Of a stretch of DNA of 64,000 nucleotides, positions 19,718-29,373 are shown in pieces. The notes beneath the pieces were generated by a model. It searched no databases. It saw nothing but the letters and a program-made list of their open reading frames with translations, and was not told where the DNA came from. The position numbers and the translations under genes were made by a program. Numbering within the stretch: the stretch's first letter is position 1; the number at the start of each line of letters is the position of its first letter. Where the stretch lies: the NCBI GenBank assembly GCA_964463175.1, contig CAYXBJ010000126.1:940-64939 (forward strand), written 5' to 3'. Source of the DNA: an uncultured bacterium. GTDB lineage: Bacteria; Methylomirabilota; Methylomirabilia; Rokubacteriales; DASRDR01.

Positions 19718-20641
19718 ATGACGGGGGCTAGCGGGTATCCTGGGGCGCACCTGCGGGGGTCGCGACGACCTCCCCTGACCCGCGAGATCCTGCCGTTCCT
19801 GCTCGGGCTGGCCTGTCTGGTCGGACTCGTCGGCGGCCCCCGCGCGGCCGCCGCCGGGCACGGCGGCGTGGTGCAGCTGAGCCGCGCCGCGGCGGGCCCG
19901 TACGCTCTCTCCGTGTGGACCCAGCCAACCCCGCCCCGGGCCGGACCCTGGCGCGTGGACGTTGCGGTGATGCGGGCGGGCGGCGTGGCGATCGGCGATG
20001 CCGCGGTTCACGTCCGCGCCGAGGCGCTCGACGGCACCATCCGGCCCGTGGAGACGGATGCCCATCGGGATGAGGATCCGCTCGGGATGCGTTACCGGGC
20101 GACCCTCACGCTGGGCGCCGCCGGCCCGTGGGTCGTGTCCGTCTCGGTGGCGGGGCCCGAGGGCGCCGGCTCGCTCAGCTTCCCCGTCGACGTGGAGCCC
20201 GCCAGCCGTGAGTGGTGGCTGCTGGCCGGCCTCGGAGCGACCGGGCTCGCGGTGGTGGCGGCCATCGCGCTCGCCCGGCGGCGCCGGCTCGCCGTCGCCG
20301 CGCTGGGCCTTGTCCTGCTGCTCCCGGCGACGCTGGCCTGGGCTCATGCCTCGCTGGTGCGGTCGAGCCCGGCTCGTCGCGCCACGCTCACGAGCGCGCC
20401 GGACCGCGTCCAGCTCTGGTTCAACGAGGCCATCGAGCCGAAGTTCTCGACCGTCTCGGTGTGGGACGCGAGCGGCCAGCAGGTGGATCTCGCCGACGCG
20501 CGGGTCGAGCCCGAGGACCCGAAGCGGCTGATCGTCGGCCTGAAGCCGCTGGGCCGGGGCACGTATGTCGTCCGCTTCCGCGTCCTCTCCGTGGACGGCC
20601 ACGTCGTCGAGAGCGACTTCCCCTTCACGCTTCGGCCCTAG
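19718..20641 (+). CDS. copC: Fusion of a YtkA/FixH-like Ig domain, a membrane linker and a C-terminal CopC copper-binding domain
   Basis: C-terminal HASLVRSSP...LWFNE...WDASG...RVLSVDGH...FTL is CopC. N-terminal signal peptide and GPYALSVWTQPTPPRAG domain. Start uncertain. Confidence 0.8.
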   Translation: MTGASGYPGAHLRGSRRPPLTREILPFLLGLACLVGLVGGPRAAAAGHGGVVQLSRAAAGPYALSVWTQPTPPRAGPWRVDVAVMRAGGVAIGDAAVHVRAEALDGTIRPVETDAHRDEDPLGMRYRATLTLGAAGPWVVSVSVAGPEGAGSLSFPVDVEPASREWWLLAGLGATGLAVVAAIALARRRRLAVAALGLVLLLPATLAWAHASLVRSSPARRATLTSAPDRVQLWFNEAIEPKFSTVSVWDASGQQVDLADARVEPEDPKRLIVGLKPLGRGTYVVRFRVLSVDGHVVESDFPFTLRP

Positions 20642-20740
20642 CTGATCGCCCGGCCCGACGCGGCACCGGGAGCCAACTTCCCGACCCGGGCGCGCGCGCC
20701 GCACGGCCGCTGGCCGATGGCGGCGAGGTAGAATGACCCC

Positions 20741-21061
20741 GTGAGGTCGCACCGCGCGCTCCTGGCGCTTCTGCTCTGCGTGCTGCTCGACGCCGCCATG
20801 CCGCTCGAGCCCGCCGCGCGCGGCGGCGTCCAGCTCGAGATCGAGGACCGGAGCGAGGAGGGCGTGTGCGCCCGGCGTCGCCAGACCGACCGGCCGGAGC
20901 CGGCGGACGCGCGGGTGCCGCGCGCGCCGGCCGTGGCGACCGCCTCGCGCGCCCGCGTCGTCCCGATCCGCCCGGCGCGCGTCGCCGACGCGACGCGTGC
21001 CGCTCCGTCGAGGGCGCGGACCTACGCGCCCGATCCCGCATCCCCCGCCGAAGACCACTAG
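20741..21061 (+). CDS. Small hypothetical protein (hydrophobic N-terminus, Ala/Arg/Pro-rich tail)
   Basis: GTG 6 nt after a TAGAAT -10 box. Fills the gap before terC. No recognised family. Confidence 0.55.
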   Translation: MRSHRALLALLLCVLLDAAMPLEPAARGGVQLEIEDRSEEGVCARRRQTDRPEPADARVPRAPAVATASRARVVPIRPARVADATRAAPSRARTYAPDPASPAEDH

Positions 21062-21138
21062 CTCCCCGCGTTCTCCGCCCCGTCGTCGCGGTTCGCTCGC
21101 CCGTAACGCGCCCGGCCCAGGACCCAAGGAGACGCGGC

Positions 21139-21243
21139 ATGACTGTCGATCGATACCGGAGTCTGGCCATCGCCGTGATGGTGGTCGTCGTGGGCAAGCT
21201 GCTGCTCACGCTCGCGCGCTCCGTGCTCGGAGGGACCCCGTGA
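21139..21243 (+). CDS. 34-aa single-TM small protein upstream of terC
   Basis: AAGGAG RBS, MTVDRYRSLAIAVMVVVVGKLLLTLARSVLGGTP*, GTGA overlap with the terC start. Confidence 0.55.
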   Translation: MTVDRYRSLAIAVMVVVVGKLLLTLARSVLGGTP

Positions 21244-21944
21244 CGGCCGTCCTCGATCCGGAGTTCTGGGTCCGGCTGCTCGGCATCGTCGTCATCGACC
21301 TGACGCTCGCCGGAGACAACGCGCTGGTGATCGCGCTCGCGATCCGCACCTTGCCTCCGCGCCAGCAGACGTTCGGGCGCCTGTGGGGCACCGCGGGCGC
21401 CGTCGGGCTCCGCCTCCTCTTCATCGCGGTCGCGACCCCGCTTCTCCGCGTGCCGCTCCTCCAGCTCGGCGGCGGGCTGCTCCTCCTCTGGATCGCGCTC
21501 AAGCTGGTCCGTCAGACGGCGACCCACGATCATCCGGGCCCCGAGGCGGCCCGCGCGGCGACGTCGCTCCGGCAGGCGATCTGGATCATCATCGTCGCCG
21601 ACGCGGCGATGAGCCTCGACAACGTCATCGCCGTCGCCGCCGCGGCGCACGGTGACCTGTGGCTCGTCTTCTTCGGCATCGCGCTGTCGCTGCCGCTCGT
21701 CGTCTGGGGTAGCGGCCTCCTGGCGACGCTGATGGCGCGCCACACGTGGATCATCTGGATCGGCGGCGCGATCCTCGGCTGGGTCGGCGGCGAGATGATC
21801 ATCCAGGACCGGGCCTTCGGCGCGTGGCTGCCGCTCCAGCCCGGATGGGCGAAGGCCGTGCCGGCGACGCTGGCCATCGCGATCGGCGCGCTCGGCTGGC
21901 GGTTCGATCGCCGCGCGCGCCGGGAGGCGCGCGCCTCGGCCTAG
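21240..21944 (+). CDS. TerC family (YjbE-type) membrane protein
   Basis: IDLTLAGDNALVIALA, WIALKL, IIVADAAMSLDNVIAVAAAA, SLPLVVWGS. Confidence 0.92.
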   Translation: MTAVLDPEFWVRLLGIVVIDLTLAGDNALVIALAIRTLPPRQQTFGRLWGTAGAVGLRLLFIAVATPLLRVPLLQLGGGLLLLWIALKLVRQTATHDHPGPEAARAATSLRQAIWIIIVADAAMSLDNVIAVAAAAHGDLWLVFFGIALSLPLVVWGSGLLATLMARHTWIIWIGGAILGWVGGEMIIQDRAFGAWLPLQPGWAKAVPATLAIAIGALGWRFDRRARREARASA

Positions 21945-21990
21945 CTGCCTGCCTCCCGGTCCTGGGCGAGGGCCTCTGCTCGAGAGATGC

Positions 21991-22821
21991 TCAGTCGAAC
22001 GTCGTGAGCTGGGCGGCCGCCTGGCGGTCGTAGCCGAGGCTCGCCCGGAGAAGCTGACGCGTGTAGGGCTCGGTCGGTGACGCCGCCCGCAGCTGCTCGG
22101 CGGTCAGCTCCTCCACGGCCCGCCCCGCGTTCATCACGAGGAGCCGCTCGCAGAGGTGCGCCACCACCGCGAGGTTGTGGCTGACGAGCACGTACGTCAG
22201 GCGGTGCTCGCGGCGAAGCCGGGCCAGGAGGTTCAGGATCTCGGCCTGCACCGACACGTCAAGCGCCGAGGTCGGCTCGTCCAGCAGAAGGATCCGCGGC
22301 TCCAGGATGAGCGCGCGAGCGATCGAGACACGCTGGCGCTGACCGCCGGAGAGCTGATGCGGATACCGGAACCGGAAGGTCGGGCCGAGCCCGACCTCCG
22401 CCAGGGCCCGCTCGATGCGCCGGTCGGCCTCGCCGCGCCGAGCGAGCCCGTGGATGGCCAGCGGCTCGATGAGCACGCGGTCCACGGTGTGGCGCGGATG
22501 GAGCGATCCGTACGGGTCCTGGAAGACCATCTGGCTGACGCGGGCGAAGCGTCGCTCGCGGTGCCGCCCGAGGGTCTGGCCGGCCACCGCGATCCGGCCA
22601 GCGGCCGCCGGGATCAGGCCCGCGATCGCGCGCAGGACCGTCGTCTTCCCCGAGCCCGACTCGCCCACCAGTCCGAACGCCTCGCCCTCGGCGACCCGGA
22701 AAGACACGTCGCGGACGGCGTGGACCCCCTCGAAGCCGTGCCCGAAGACGACGTGCAGGCCGTCGACCTCGAGGATCGCGGCGGCCACCCCCGGGGTCAC
22801 GCCGGATTTCCGTCCTGCCAT
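21991..22821 (-). CDS. dppF: Peptide ABC transporter ATP-binding protein
   Basis: GESGSGKT, QMVFQDP, HQLSGGQRQR, LLDEPTSALD, SHNL. Confidence 0.9.
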   Translation of the reverse strand: MAGRKSGVTPGVAAAILEVDGLHVVFGHGFEGVHAVRDVSFRVAEGEAFGLVGESGSGKTTVLRAIAGLIPAAAGRIAVAGQTLGRHRERRFARVSQMVFQDPYGSLHPRHTVDRVLIEPLAIHGLARRGEADRRIERALAEVGLGPTFRFRYPHQLSGGQRQRVSIARALILEPRILLLDEPTSALDVSVQAEILNLLARLRREHRLTYVLVSHNLAVVAHLCERLLVMNAGRAVEELTAEQLRAASPTEPYTRQLLRASLGYDRQAAAQLTTFD

Positions 22822-23642
22822 GCCGGGTCTCTTTCCAGCACGGCGAGCTCCTCGACGGGCCGATCGATGCGCGGCAGCGACCGCAGGAGCCCCTGCGTGT
22901 AGGGATGCCGCGCGGAGGCGAGCTCCTGCGCCCGGCAGGTCTCGACAATCCGCCCCGCGTACATGATGAGCACGCGGTCGCAGAATGACGCGACCAGGTT
23001 GAGGTCGTGGCTGATGAAGATGAGGCCCATGCCGCGCTGGGTGACGAGATCGTCGAGGATCGCCAGGACCTGCATCTGCACGGTGACGTCGAGCGCCGAG
23101 GTCGGCTCGTCGGCGATGAGGAGATCGGGACCGGCGGCGAGCATCATGGCGATCATGATCCGCTGGCCCATCCCGCCGGAGACCTCGTGCGGGTAGGCCC
23201 GGTACACGCGCTCCGGGTTCCGGATCCGCACGGTCTCCAGCATCTCGAGGGCGCGCCGGCGCGCGGCTCGCCAGGAGGAGCCCGAGTGCACGCGCCACGC
23301 CTCGGCGACCTGGTCGCCGACCGGCATCACCGGGTTCAGCGAGAACTTCGGGTCCTGGAGGACCATCGCAACCCGGTGGCCGCGGATGTCGCGCATCGCG
23401 CCTTCGCTGGCGGCCAGGAGGTCGATCTCCTCGAACTGGAGCCGCCGCGCCGTCACCCGTCCAGGGGGCGGCACCAGACGGAGGATGGCGCGGCCGGTCA
23501 TCGACTTCCCGGAGCCCGACTCGCCGACGATCCCGAGCTTCTCTCGCCCGACCTCGAAGCTCACGCCCCGGACGGCCTCCACGGCCGCGACCCGGCCCGG
23601 GAATCGGACCCAGAGGTCCTCGACCGTGAGAACCGGCGTCAC
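22797..23642 (-). CDS. dppD: Peptide ABC transporter ATP-binding protein
   Basis: GESGSGKS, YPHEVSGGMGQR, IADEPTSALD, HPYTQGLL. Confidence 0.9.
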   Translation of the reverse strand: MTPVLTVEDLWVRFPGRVAAVEAVRGVSFEVGREKLGIVGESGSGKSMTGRAILRLVPPPGRVTARRLQFEEIDLLAASEGAMRDIRGHRVAMVLQDPKFSLNPVMPVGDQVAEAWRVHSGSSWRAARRRALEMLETVRIRNPERVYRAYPHEVSGGMGQRIMIAMMLAAGPDLLIADEPTSALDVTVQMQVLAILDDLVTQRGMGLIFISHDLNLVASFCDRVLIMYAGRIVETCRAQELASARHPYTQGLLRSLPRIDRPVEELAVLERDPAWQDGNPA

Positions 23643-23649
23643 GGGAGGC

Positions 23650-24573
23650 TTACCCCGTCTTGGGATCGAGAACGTCCCGGAGCCCGTCCCCGAGCAGATT
23701 GAACCCGAGACTCACCACGAGGATCGCGATCCCGGGAACCGTGGCGACCCACCACTGGTCGAGGAGAAACCGCCGGCCCGAGGCGATCATCGCCCCCCAC
23801 TCAGGGGCGGGCGGCTGGGCGCCGAGACCCAGAAAGCCGAGCCCGGCGGCGGTGAGGATGATCCCGGCCATGTCGAGACCGACGCGGACGATCAGCGACG
23901 ATGTGCAGAGCGGCACGACGTGCCCAAGCACGATGCGGAGCGGTCCGGCGCCCTGCAGGCGGATCGCCGCGATGAAGTCACTGTTCCGGATCGTGATGGT
24001 CTCTGCGCGCGCCACGCGCGCATACGGCGGCCAGGCGGTACAGGCGATGGCGATGACGGCGTTCTCGATGCCCGGCCCGAGGGCCGAAACAAAAGCCAGC
24101 GCGAGGATCAAACGCGGGAAGGCCAGGAACACGTCGGTGACACGCATCAGCATCGTGTCCGCCCAGCCGCCGAGGTACCCGGCGGCGGTGCCGATGAGGA
24201 GCCCTGTCGGGGCGACCATCACGACGACCAGGCCGACGATCACCAGCGTGATGCGCGAGCCGTAGAGCACGCGCGTGTAGATGTCCCGCCCGAGCTCATC
24301 CGTCCCGAACCAGTACTCGGCGTTCGGCGGCCGAAGACGCTGGCTCAGGTCCTGGGTCACCGGTGATCGGTGAGTCAGGTACGGGACGAACACCGCGATG
24401 AGGACGAGGGCGACTAGGACGCCGAGTCCGGCCATCGCGAGCGGGTTCCGGCGAAAGGTGAGCCACGAGACGTACGTCTGGCCGAGACGGGCCTGCGCGC
24501 GGGACGCGGGCGTCTCGGCGAGGAGCCAGGCTCGCCAGGGGCGACGCGCCGCCACCGTGCCGCCAGTCGTCAT
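23650..24573 (-). CDS. dppC: Peptide ABC transporter permease
   Basis: FGTDELGRD, DVFLAFP, AAGLGFLGLG, PEWGAMI. Confidence 0.92.
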   Translation of the reverse strand: MTTGGTVAARRPWRAWLLAETPASRAQARLGQTYVSWLTFRRNPLAMAGLGVLVALVLIAVFVPYLTHRSPVTQDLSQRLRPPNAEYWFGTDELGRDIYTRVLYGSRITLVIVGLVVVMVAPTGLLIGTAAGYLGGWADTMLMRVTDVFLAFPRLILALAFVSALGPGIENAVIAIACTAWPPYARVARAETITIRNSDFIAAIRLQGAGPLRIVLGHVVPLCTSSLIVRVGLDMAGIILTAAGLGFLGLGAQPPAPEWGAMIASGRRFLLDQWWVATVPGIAILVVSLGFNLLGDGLRDVLDPKTG

Positions 24574-25637
24574 CGGGCGCGCGGGTCCACCAGGCGGTAG
24601 AGAAGGTCGGAGAGAAGGTTCAGCGTGATGAAGATCGTCCCGACGACGATCGTGCCCCCGAGGACGGCGTTCATGTCCGCGTTGAGGAGCGAATTCGTGA
24701 TGTACTGTCCGAGCCCCGGCCAGGCGAAGACCGTCTCGGTCAGGACCGAGCCCTCCAGCAAATTCGCATAGGAGAGGGCGACGACCGTGATCAACGGCAC
24801 CAGCACATTCCCGAAGGCGTGCCTCCACACGACCCGTCGCTCGGACAGTCCCTTGATCCGGCCGGTCGTGACGTACTCCTGTCCGAGCTCGGCCAGCATG
24901 AAGCTCCGGGTCATCCGCGCCAGATAGGCGAGGGAAAAGTAGCCCAGGAGCGATGCCGGCAGGATGACGTGGCGGAACGCGTTGCCGAAGACCTCCCACT
25001 CCCCCGCCAGCGCCGAGTCGAAGAGGATCACGCCGGTCACCGTCGGGACGAGATCGTCGAACGCCACATCGAGCCGCCCCGGTCCAGCCACCCAGTCGAG
25101 TCGCGCGTAGAAGACGAGCAGGCCCATGAGACCGAGCCAGAAGACCGGGACCGAGTAGCCGAAGAGGCTCACCACGCGGATGGCCTGATCGATCCACCGG
25201 CCGCGCCGCACCGCAGCGATCACCCCGAGGGGGATACCGAGCGCCGCGCCGATGAACGTCGCCACCGTCGCCAGCTCGAGCGTGGCCGGGAACACCCGAC
25301 GGATGTCGACGAGGACCGGATTGGAGGTCAGAACCGAGCGCCCGAAATCTCCCGCGAGGACCTTGCGAAGGTAGATCCAGAACTGCTGCCAGAGAGGGAG
25401 ATCCAGCCCGAGCTCGCGCTTGACGCGCTCGTACACCTCGACTGGCGCGCGGTCCCCCACCGCCGCCAGCACTGGGTCGATCGGGACGACGCGCCCGATC
25501 AGAAAGGTGACGAGCAGGAGTCCGAGGAAGGTGAGGGCGACCGTCCCGGCGATCCGCGTCACCAGCCACAGGACGCGAACCGGGAGCGAGGTCGCCCTCG
25601 CTCCCGGCGGAAGCGTCCGGGCCGGCGCGCCGGTCAC
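24570..25637 (-). CDS. dppB: Peptide ABC transporter permease
   Basis: GDFGRS, FPATLELA, HVILPA, EYVTTGRIKGL, TETVFAWPGLG. Confidence 0.92.
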   Translation of the reverse strand: MTGAPARTLPPGARATSLPVRVLWLVTRIAGTVALTFLGLLLVTFLIGRVVPIDPVLAAVGDRAPVEVYERVKRELGLDLPLWQQFWIYLRKVLAGDFGRSVLTSNPVLVDIRRVFPATLELATVATFIGAALGIPLGVIAAVRRGRWIDQAIRVVSLFGYSVPVFWLGLMGLLVFYARLDWVAGPGRLDVAFDDLVPTVTGVILFDSALAGEWEVFGNAFRHVILPASLLGYFSLAYLARMTRSFMLAELGQEYVTTGRIKGLSERRVVWRHAFGNVLVPLITVVALSYANLLEGSVLTETVFAWPGLGQYITNSLLNADMNAVLGGTIVVGTIFITLNLLSDLLYRLVDPRAR

Positions 25638-25663
25638 CGCAGCGCGGTCGCCCGCGGGGTCAG

Positions 25664-27241
25664 CTACTTCTTGATCCCGGCGTACAGGTTGTTCTCGAAG
25701 CTCGGGCCGATGACGAAGCCGTCCACGTTCTTCCCGTGGGCCGCGACCTCGATCTGCTGGAACATGATGATGAATGGTGAAACGCGCTGGTGCTCGCGCT
25801 GGATCGCCTGGTACATGGCCTCACGCTTCTTGGCGTCCCGCTCCCTCGCGGCCGCCGCCGTCTGCTTGGTCATGTCCGGGATGTCCCAGCTGTTCCGCCA
25901 GGCCAGCGTCTTCGACTTCGTCGCGTCGGTGTTGTCGACGTTCATCGCGAATGTCTCGGCGTTGCTGTGGGGATCTTGGTAGTCCGGCCCCCACTGGAGA
26001 AGCATCACGTCGTGGTTGCGAGCTCGGTACTTCGTGATGACCTGCTTGCCGTCCCCGGGAAGCAGCTCGAGCTTGATCCCGGCCTTGGCCCAGCTTGCCT
26101 GGATCGCCTGTGCGATGTCGGTGTTGGGCGACGTGTTGCGGACGTCCATCGTCACGCTGAAGCCATCAGGCAGGCCAGCCTTGGCGAGGAGCGCCTTGGC
26201 CTTGGCGAGGTCGAACTTGTAGGGCTTGTCGTCGATGGCGCCCAGGAAGCCCTTGGGCAGGAAGGACTGATGGACGACGTAACTCCCACGCAGGATGTTC
26301 TCCTCGATGCCAGCGTAGTCGACCAGCCACTTGAGCGCCTCGCGCACCTCGGGCTTGGCGAGGTTCGGGTTCTTCTGGTTGACGCTGACGTACCAGATGG
26401 AGCCCTTCCGGGCCTGTTGGGTCACGATGTTGGCATTGCCCTTGATCGCGTCCAACTGGTCCTTGGTCAGGTCGCGAGCGTAGTCGATATCCCCCTTCTC
26501 GAGGAGGAGCCGCTGGCTGGCGGGCTCGGCCACGTGGCGCACGACGACCCGGCGCGGGATCGCCTTCGTCCCCTGGTAGTTGTCGTTCCGCTCGAGGACG
26601 TAGGAGTCGTTGGCCTTCCAGCTGATCAGCTTGAACGGTCCCGAGCCCGCCGAGTTGGTCTTGAGCCACTCGTTCCCGAAGTCACCGTTCTGCTCGTGAG
26701 CCTGGACGGTCTTCATGTCTACGATGCCGCCGATGACCGCCGTCAGGCAGTAGTAGAAGAACGTCGGCGCGACCTGGTCCCCCGTCTCGACGACGAGCGT
26801 GGAGTCGTCGGTCGCCCGGATCTTCTCCTTGGCGTTGTCCTTGGTGAAGCCGAACTGGGTCAGGATGAACCCGGGCGTCTTGTTCATGATCACGGCCCTC
26901 TGGAGCGAGTAGGCCGCGTCCTGCGCCGTCACCGGATTGCCCGAGGCGAACTTAATGCCCTTCTTCATCTTGAAGGTGTAGGTCTTGCCGTCGGCGCCGA
27001 CTGACCAGCTCTCGGCCAGCTCGCCCTTGAGCTTGCTGACGTCGTTCAGGTCGTACGCGATGAGGCGCTCGTAGATGTTGCCGGTCACCTCGCTACCCGA
27101 GAACTCGAACGACTCGGCGGGATCCAGCGAGATGATGTCGTCGATCTGCTTGGCCATGACGACCGTGTCCTTGGGTGTCGCCGCCAGCGCGGGACCGGCG
27201 AGCAGGACCATCGCCGCGATCAGCCAGGTGAATCTCTTCAT
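25664..27241 (-). CDS. dppA: Peptide/nickel ABC transporter substrate-binding protein (family 5)
   Basis: Signal peptide MKRFTWLIAAMVLLAGPALA, SLDPAES, LAESWSV..DGKTYTF, AGSGPFKL. AGGAG RBS. Confidence 0.93.
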   Translation of the reverse strand: MKRFTWLIAAMVLLAGPALAATPKDTVVMAKQIDDIISLDPAESFEFSGSEVTGNIYERLIAYDLNDVSKLKGELAESWSVGADGKTYTFKMKKGIKFASGNPVTAQDAAYSLQRAVIMNKTPGFILTQFGFTKDNAKEKIRATDDSTLVVETGDQVAPTFFYYCLTAVIGGIVDMKTVQAHEQNGDFGNEWLKTNSAGSGPFKLISWKANDSYVLERNDNYQGTKAIPRRVVVRHVAEPASQRLLLEKGDIDYARDLTKDQLDAIKGNANIVTQQARKGSIWYVSVNQKNPNLAKPEVREALKWLVDYAGIEENILRGSYVVHQSFLPKGFLGAIDDKPYKFDLAKAKALLAKAGLPDGFSVTMDVRNTSPNTDIAQAIQASWAKAGIKLELLPGDGKQVITKYRARNHDVMLLQWGPDYQDPHSNAETFAMNVDNTDATKSKTLAWRNSWDIPDMTKQTAAAARERDAKKREAMYQAIQREHQRVSPFIIMFQQIEVAAHGKNVDGFVIGPSFENNLYAGIKK

Positions 27242-27307
27242 GCACGGCTCCTTTCGGTGTTGACGCCGGTCCAGGAAGGCCCGGTCCCGGGCGAAGTCTT
27301 TTGAGGC

Positions 27308-27336
27308 ATGATCGGGGCGGCCCGACGGCGTGTCAA
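27308..27336 (-). promoter_or_regulatory. Probable sigma70 promoter of the dpp operon
   Basis: TTGACA-N17-GATCAT on the minus strand, about 65 nt upstream of dppA. Confidence 0.5.
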
Positions 27337-27605
27337 GCGCGACGCCCGTCACCCCGTGGCCCGGCCCGCCTGCAGACCATCGGCCATCGCAGCCTCGCGC
27401 GACGGGCCGGAGCCGCCGTGGCCGGGCCTGTCCAGCCATGGACGTGACCCGGGCCGAGAGCGGTCGGGCCGGCAGGCCGCGTCCCACCGGACCGGGCGAT
27501 GCGGCCCCGATGGGCTGCGGTCCTGGCGCGCTTCGCTCGGGGAGCGCATCATGGTTGGGCTGCGCCAACGGCGGGCCGGCGTCCGGCTGGCGGCAGGGGG
27601 AGCCA

Positions 27606-28577
27606 ATGATCACGCAGGACCAGCTCGACCAGGCGCGTGCCGTCATCAAGGGGCACGTCCACCGCACGCCGCTCCTCTCGGTCGCGAGCCTCGGCACGCG
27701 ATGCGGCGTCCGGCTGCACGTGAAGTGCGAGAACCTCCAGAAGACGGGCTCCTACAAGCCGCGCGGCGGGCTCAACCGGATCGCGCGGCTCAGTGCCGAG
27801 GAGAAGCGCCGCGGGGTCATCGTCATGTCGGCCGGCAACCTCGCCCAGGGCGTGGCCTATGCCGCGCGGCAGGCAGGCGTGCGGTGCTGGGTGTCGATGC
27901 TCGAGACGGCATCCGCCGCGAAGATCCAGGCGGTGCGTGGCTACGGCGCCGAGGTCGTCCTGCACGGCGACCGCGCGACCTGGTTCGATCGGGTGGACGA
28001 GCTGCGCGCCCAGTCGGGGGCGGTGCTCGTCGATGCCTGGGCCGACGAGGCCCTCGTGGCCGGTTACGGATCGATCGGCAGCGAGATCCTCGAGGACCTC
28101 CCCGACGTGGAGGCGGTGGTGGTGCCCGTGGGCGGAGGCACCCTGATCTCCGGCATCGCCACCGCGATCAAGCTCAGCCGGCCGGACGTGCGCGTGGTCG
28201 GCGTGGAATGCACGTCGGGGAGGCTCGTGCGCGATTCGGTCGCGGCGGGCCGGCCGCTGCAGATCACGCGGCCGCCAAGCATCGCCGACGGCCTCGGATC
28301 CCCGCGGACGAGCGCCCTGGTCGTGGAGACGGTGAGGCGATACGTCGACGACCTGGCCGTGGTGTCCGACGAGGAGATCCACGCGGCGATGCACGATCTG
28401 CTCGAGCGCGGGAAGCTCCTCGTCGAGGGAGCGGGAGCGGCGGCCGTCGCCGCCCTCCTCGCCGGGCGGACGGAGCGCCAGAGCGGCCGGAGCGTCGTCG
28501 CGGTCCTGAGCGGAGGCAACGTGGACGTCGCCCGCCTCCAGCAGGCGCTCGGGCGGGCCGCGGGCGGCGCTGCATGA
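27606..28577 (+). CDS. PLP-dependent threonine/serine dehydratase (catabolic type, no regulatory domain)
   Basis: RTPLL, KCENLQKTGSYK.RG, SAGNLAQG, VPVGGGTL, IADGL, EGAGA, LSGGNVD. Confidence 0.9.
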   Translation: MITQDQLDQARAVIKGHVHRTPLLSVASLGTRCGVRLHVKCENLQKTGSYKPRGGLNRIARLSAEEKRRGVIVMSAGNLAQGVAYAARQAGVRCWVSMLETASAAKIQAVRGYGAEVVLHGDRATWFDRVDELRAQSGAVLVDAWADEALVAGYGSIGSEILEDLPDVEAVVVPVGGGTLISGIATAIKLSRPDVRVVGVECTSGRLVRDSVAAGRPLQITRPPSIADGLGSPRTSALVVETVRRYVDDLAVVSDEEIHAAMHDLLERGKLLVEGAGAAAVAALLAGRTERQSGRSVVAVLSGGNVDVARLQQALGRAAGGAA

Positions 28578-28665
28578 CGCGCTGGCGGAGGCCGCGGTCG
28601 TAGCCGGACCCGTCGAGCGCGATCACGCTGGCGACGCGCCATCGGCTCGGCTATCCTCCAGGGCC

Positions 28666-29325
28666 ATGCGCGGCCTTCAGCTCGCCGGCGCGGGCCTTCG
28701 TCCCCTGCGCGTGCTGTGCCTCGGCGCCCACTGTGACGACATCGAGATCGGCTGCGGCGGCACGATTCTCACCATGGCGCGCCAGCATCCCCGTCTGGCC
28801 GTGGAGTGGATCGTGCTGAGCGGCGACGACGAGCGCGCCCGCGAGGCCCAGCGCTCCGCCGACGCGTTCCTGTCAGACGTCGCGGAGCGCCGGCTGACGG
28901 TGGAGCGGTTCCGCGACGGCTACCTCCCCTACCAGGGGGAGCGTCTCAAGGACTACTTCGAGTCCCTCAAGAGGCGGGATGACCCCGACCTCGTCTTCGT
29001 GCCCTACCGGAAAGACTGGCACCAGGACCACCGGTTCATCGCCGAGCTCGCCTGGAGCACGTTTCGGGACCACCTGATCCTGGAATACGAGACGCCGAAG
29101 TACGATCCCGAGCCCGATGCGGCGCCAAACCTCCTGGTGCCGATCGACGACGACGTCGCCGAGGCCAAGGTGCGGCACCTGCTCGACGCCTACCCGTCAC
29201 AGGCGAGCCGGCCGTGGTTCGCCCGCGACGTCTTCCTGGGCGCGCTGCGTCTCCGCGGGATCCAGGCCCGGGTCCGGTTCGCCGAGGCGTTCTACGCGCG
29301 GAAGATGGTCCTGACCGGCCGGTGA
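28666..29325 (+). CDS. PIG-L/LmbE family deacetylase
   Basis: GAHCDDIEIGCGG zinc motif, HQDH, LEYE.PKYD, QASR, AEAF. Confidence 0.9.
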   Translation: MRGLQLAGAGLRPLRVLCLGAHCDDIEIGCGGTILTMARQHPRLAVEWIVLSGDDERAREAQRSADAFLSDVAERRLTVERFRDGYLPYQGERLKDYFESLKRRDDPDLVFVPYRKDWHQDHRFIAELAWSTFRDHLILEYETPKYDPEPDAAPNLLVPIDDDVAEAKVRHLLDAYPSQASRPWFARDVFLGALRLRGIQARVRFAEAFYARKMVLTGR

Positions 29326-29373
29326 CTCGCCTCACCGCGCCCGCGAAGCGAGGTGAGACGCGTGGGAACGCGT

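Noticed and set aside
21062-21138. yybP-ykoY manganese riboswitch upstream of terC
   Set aside because: Expected from the gene family, but I could not find its conserved loop sequences on the sense strand.
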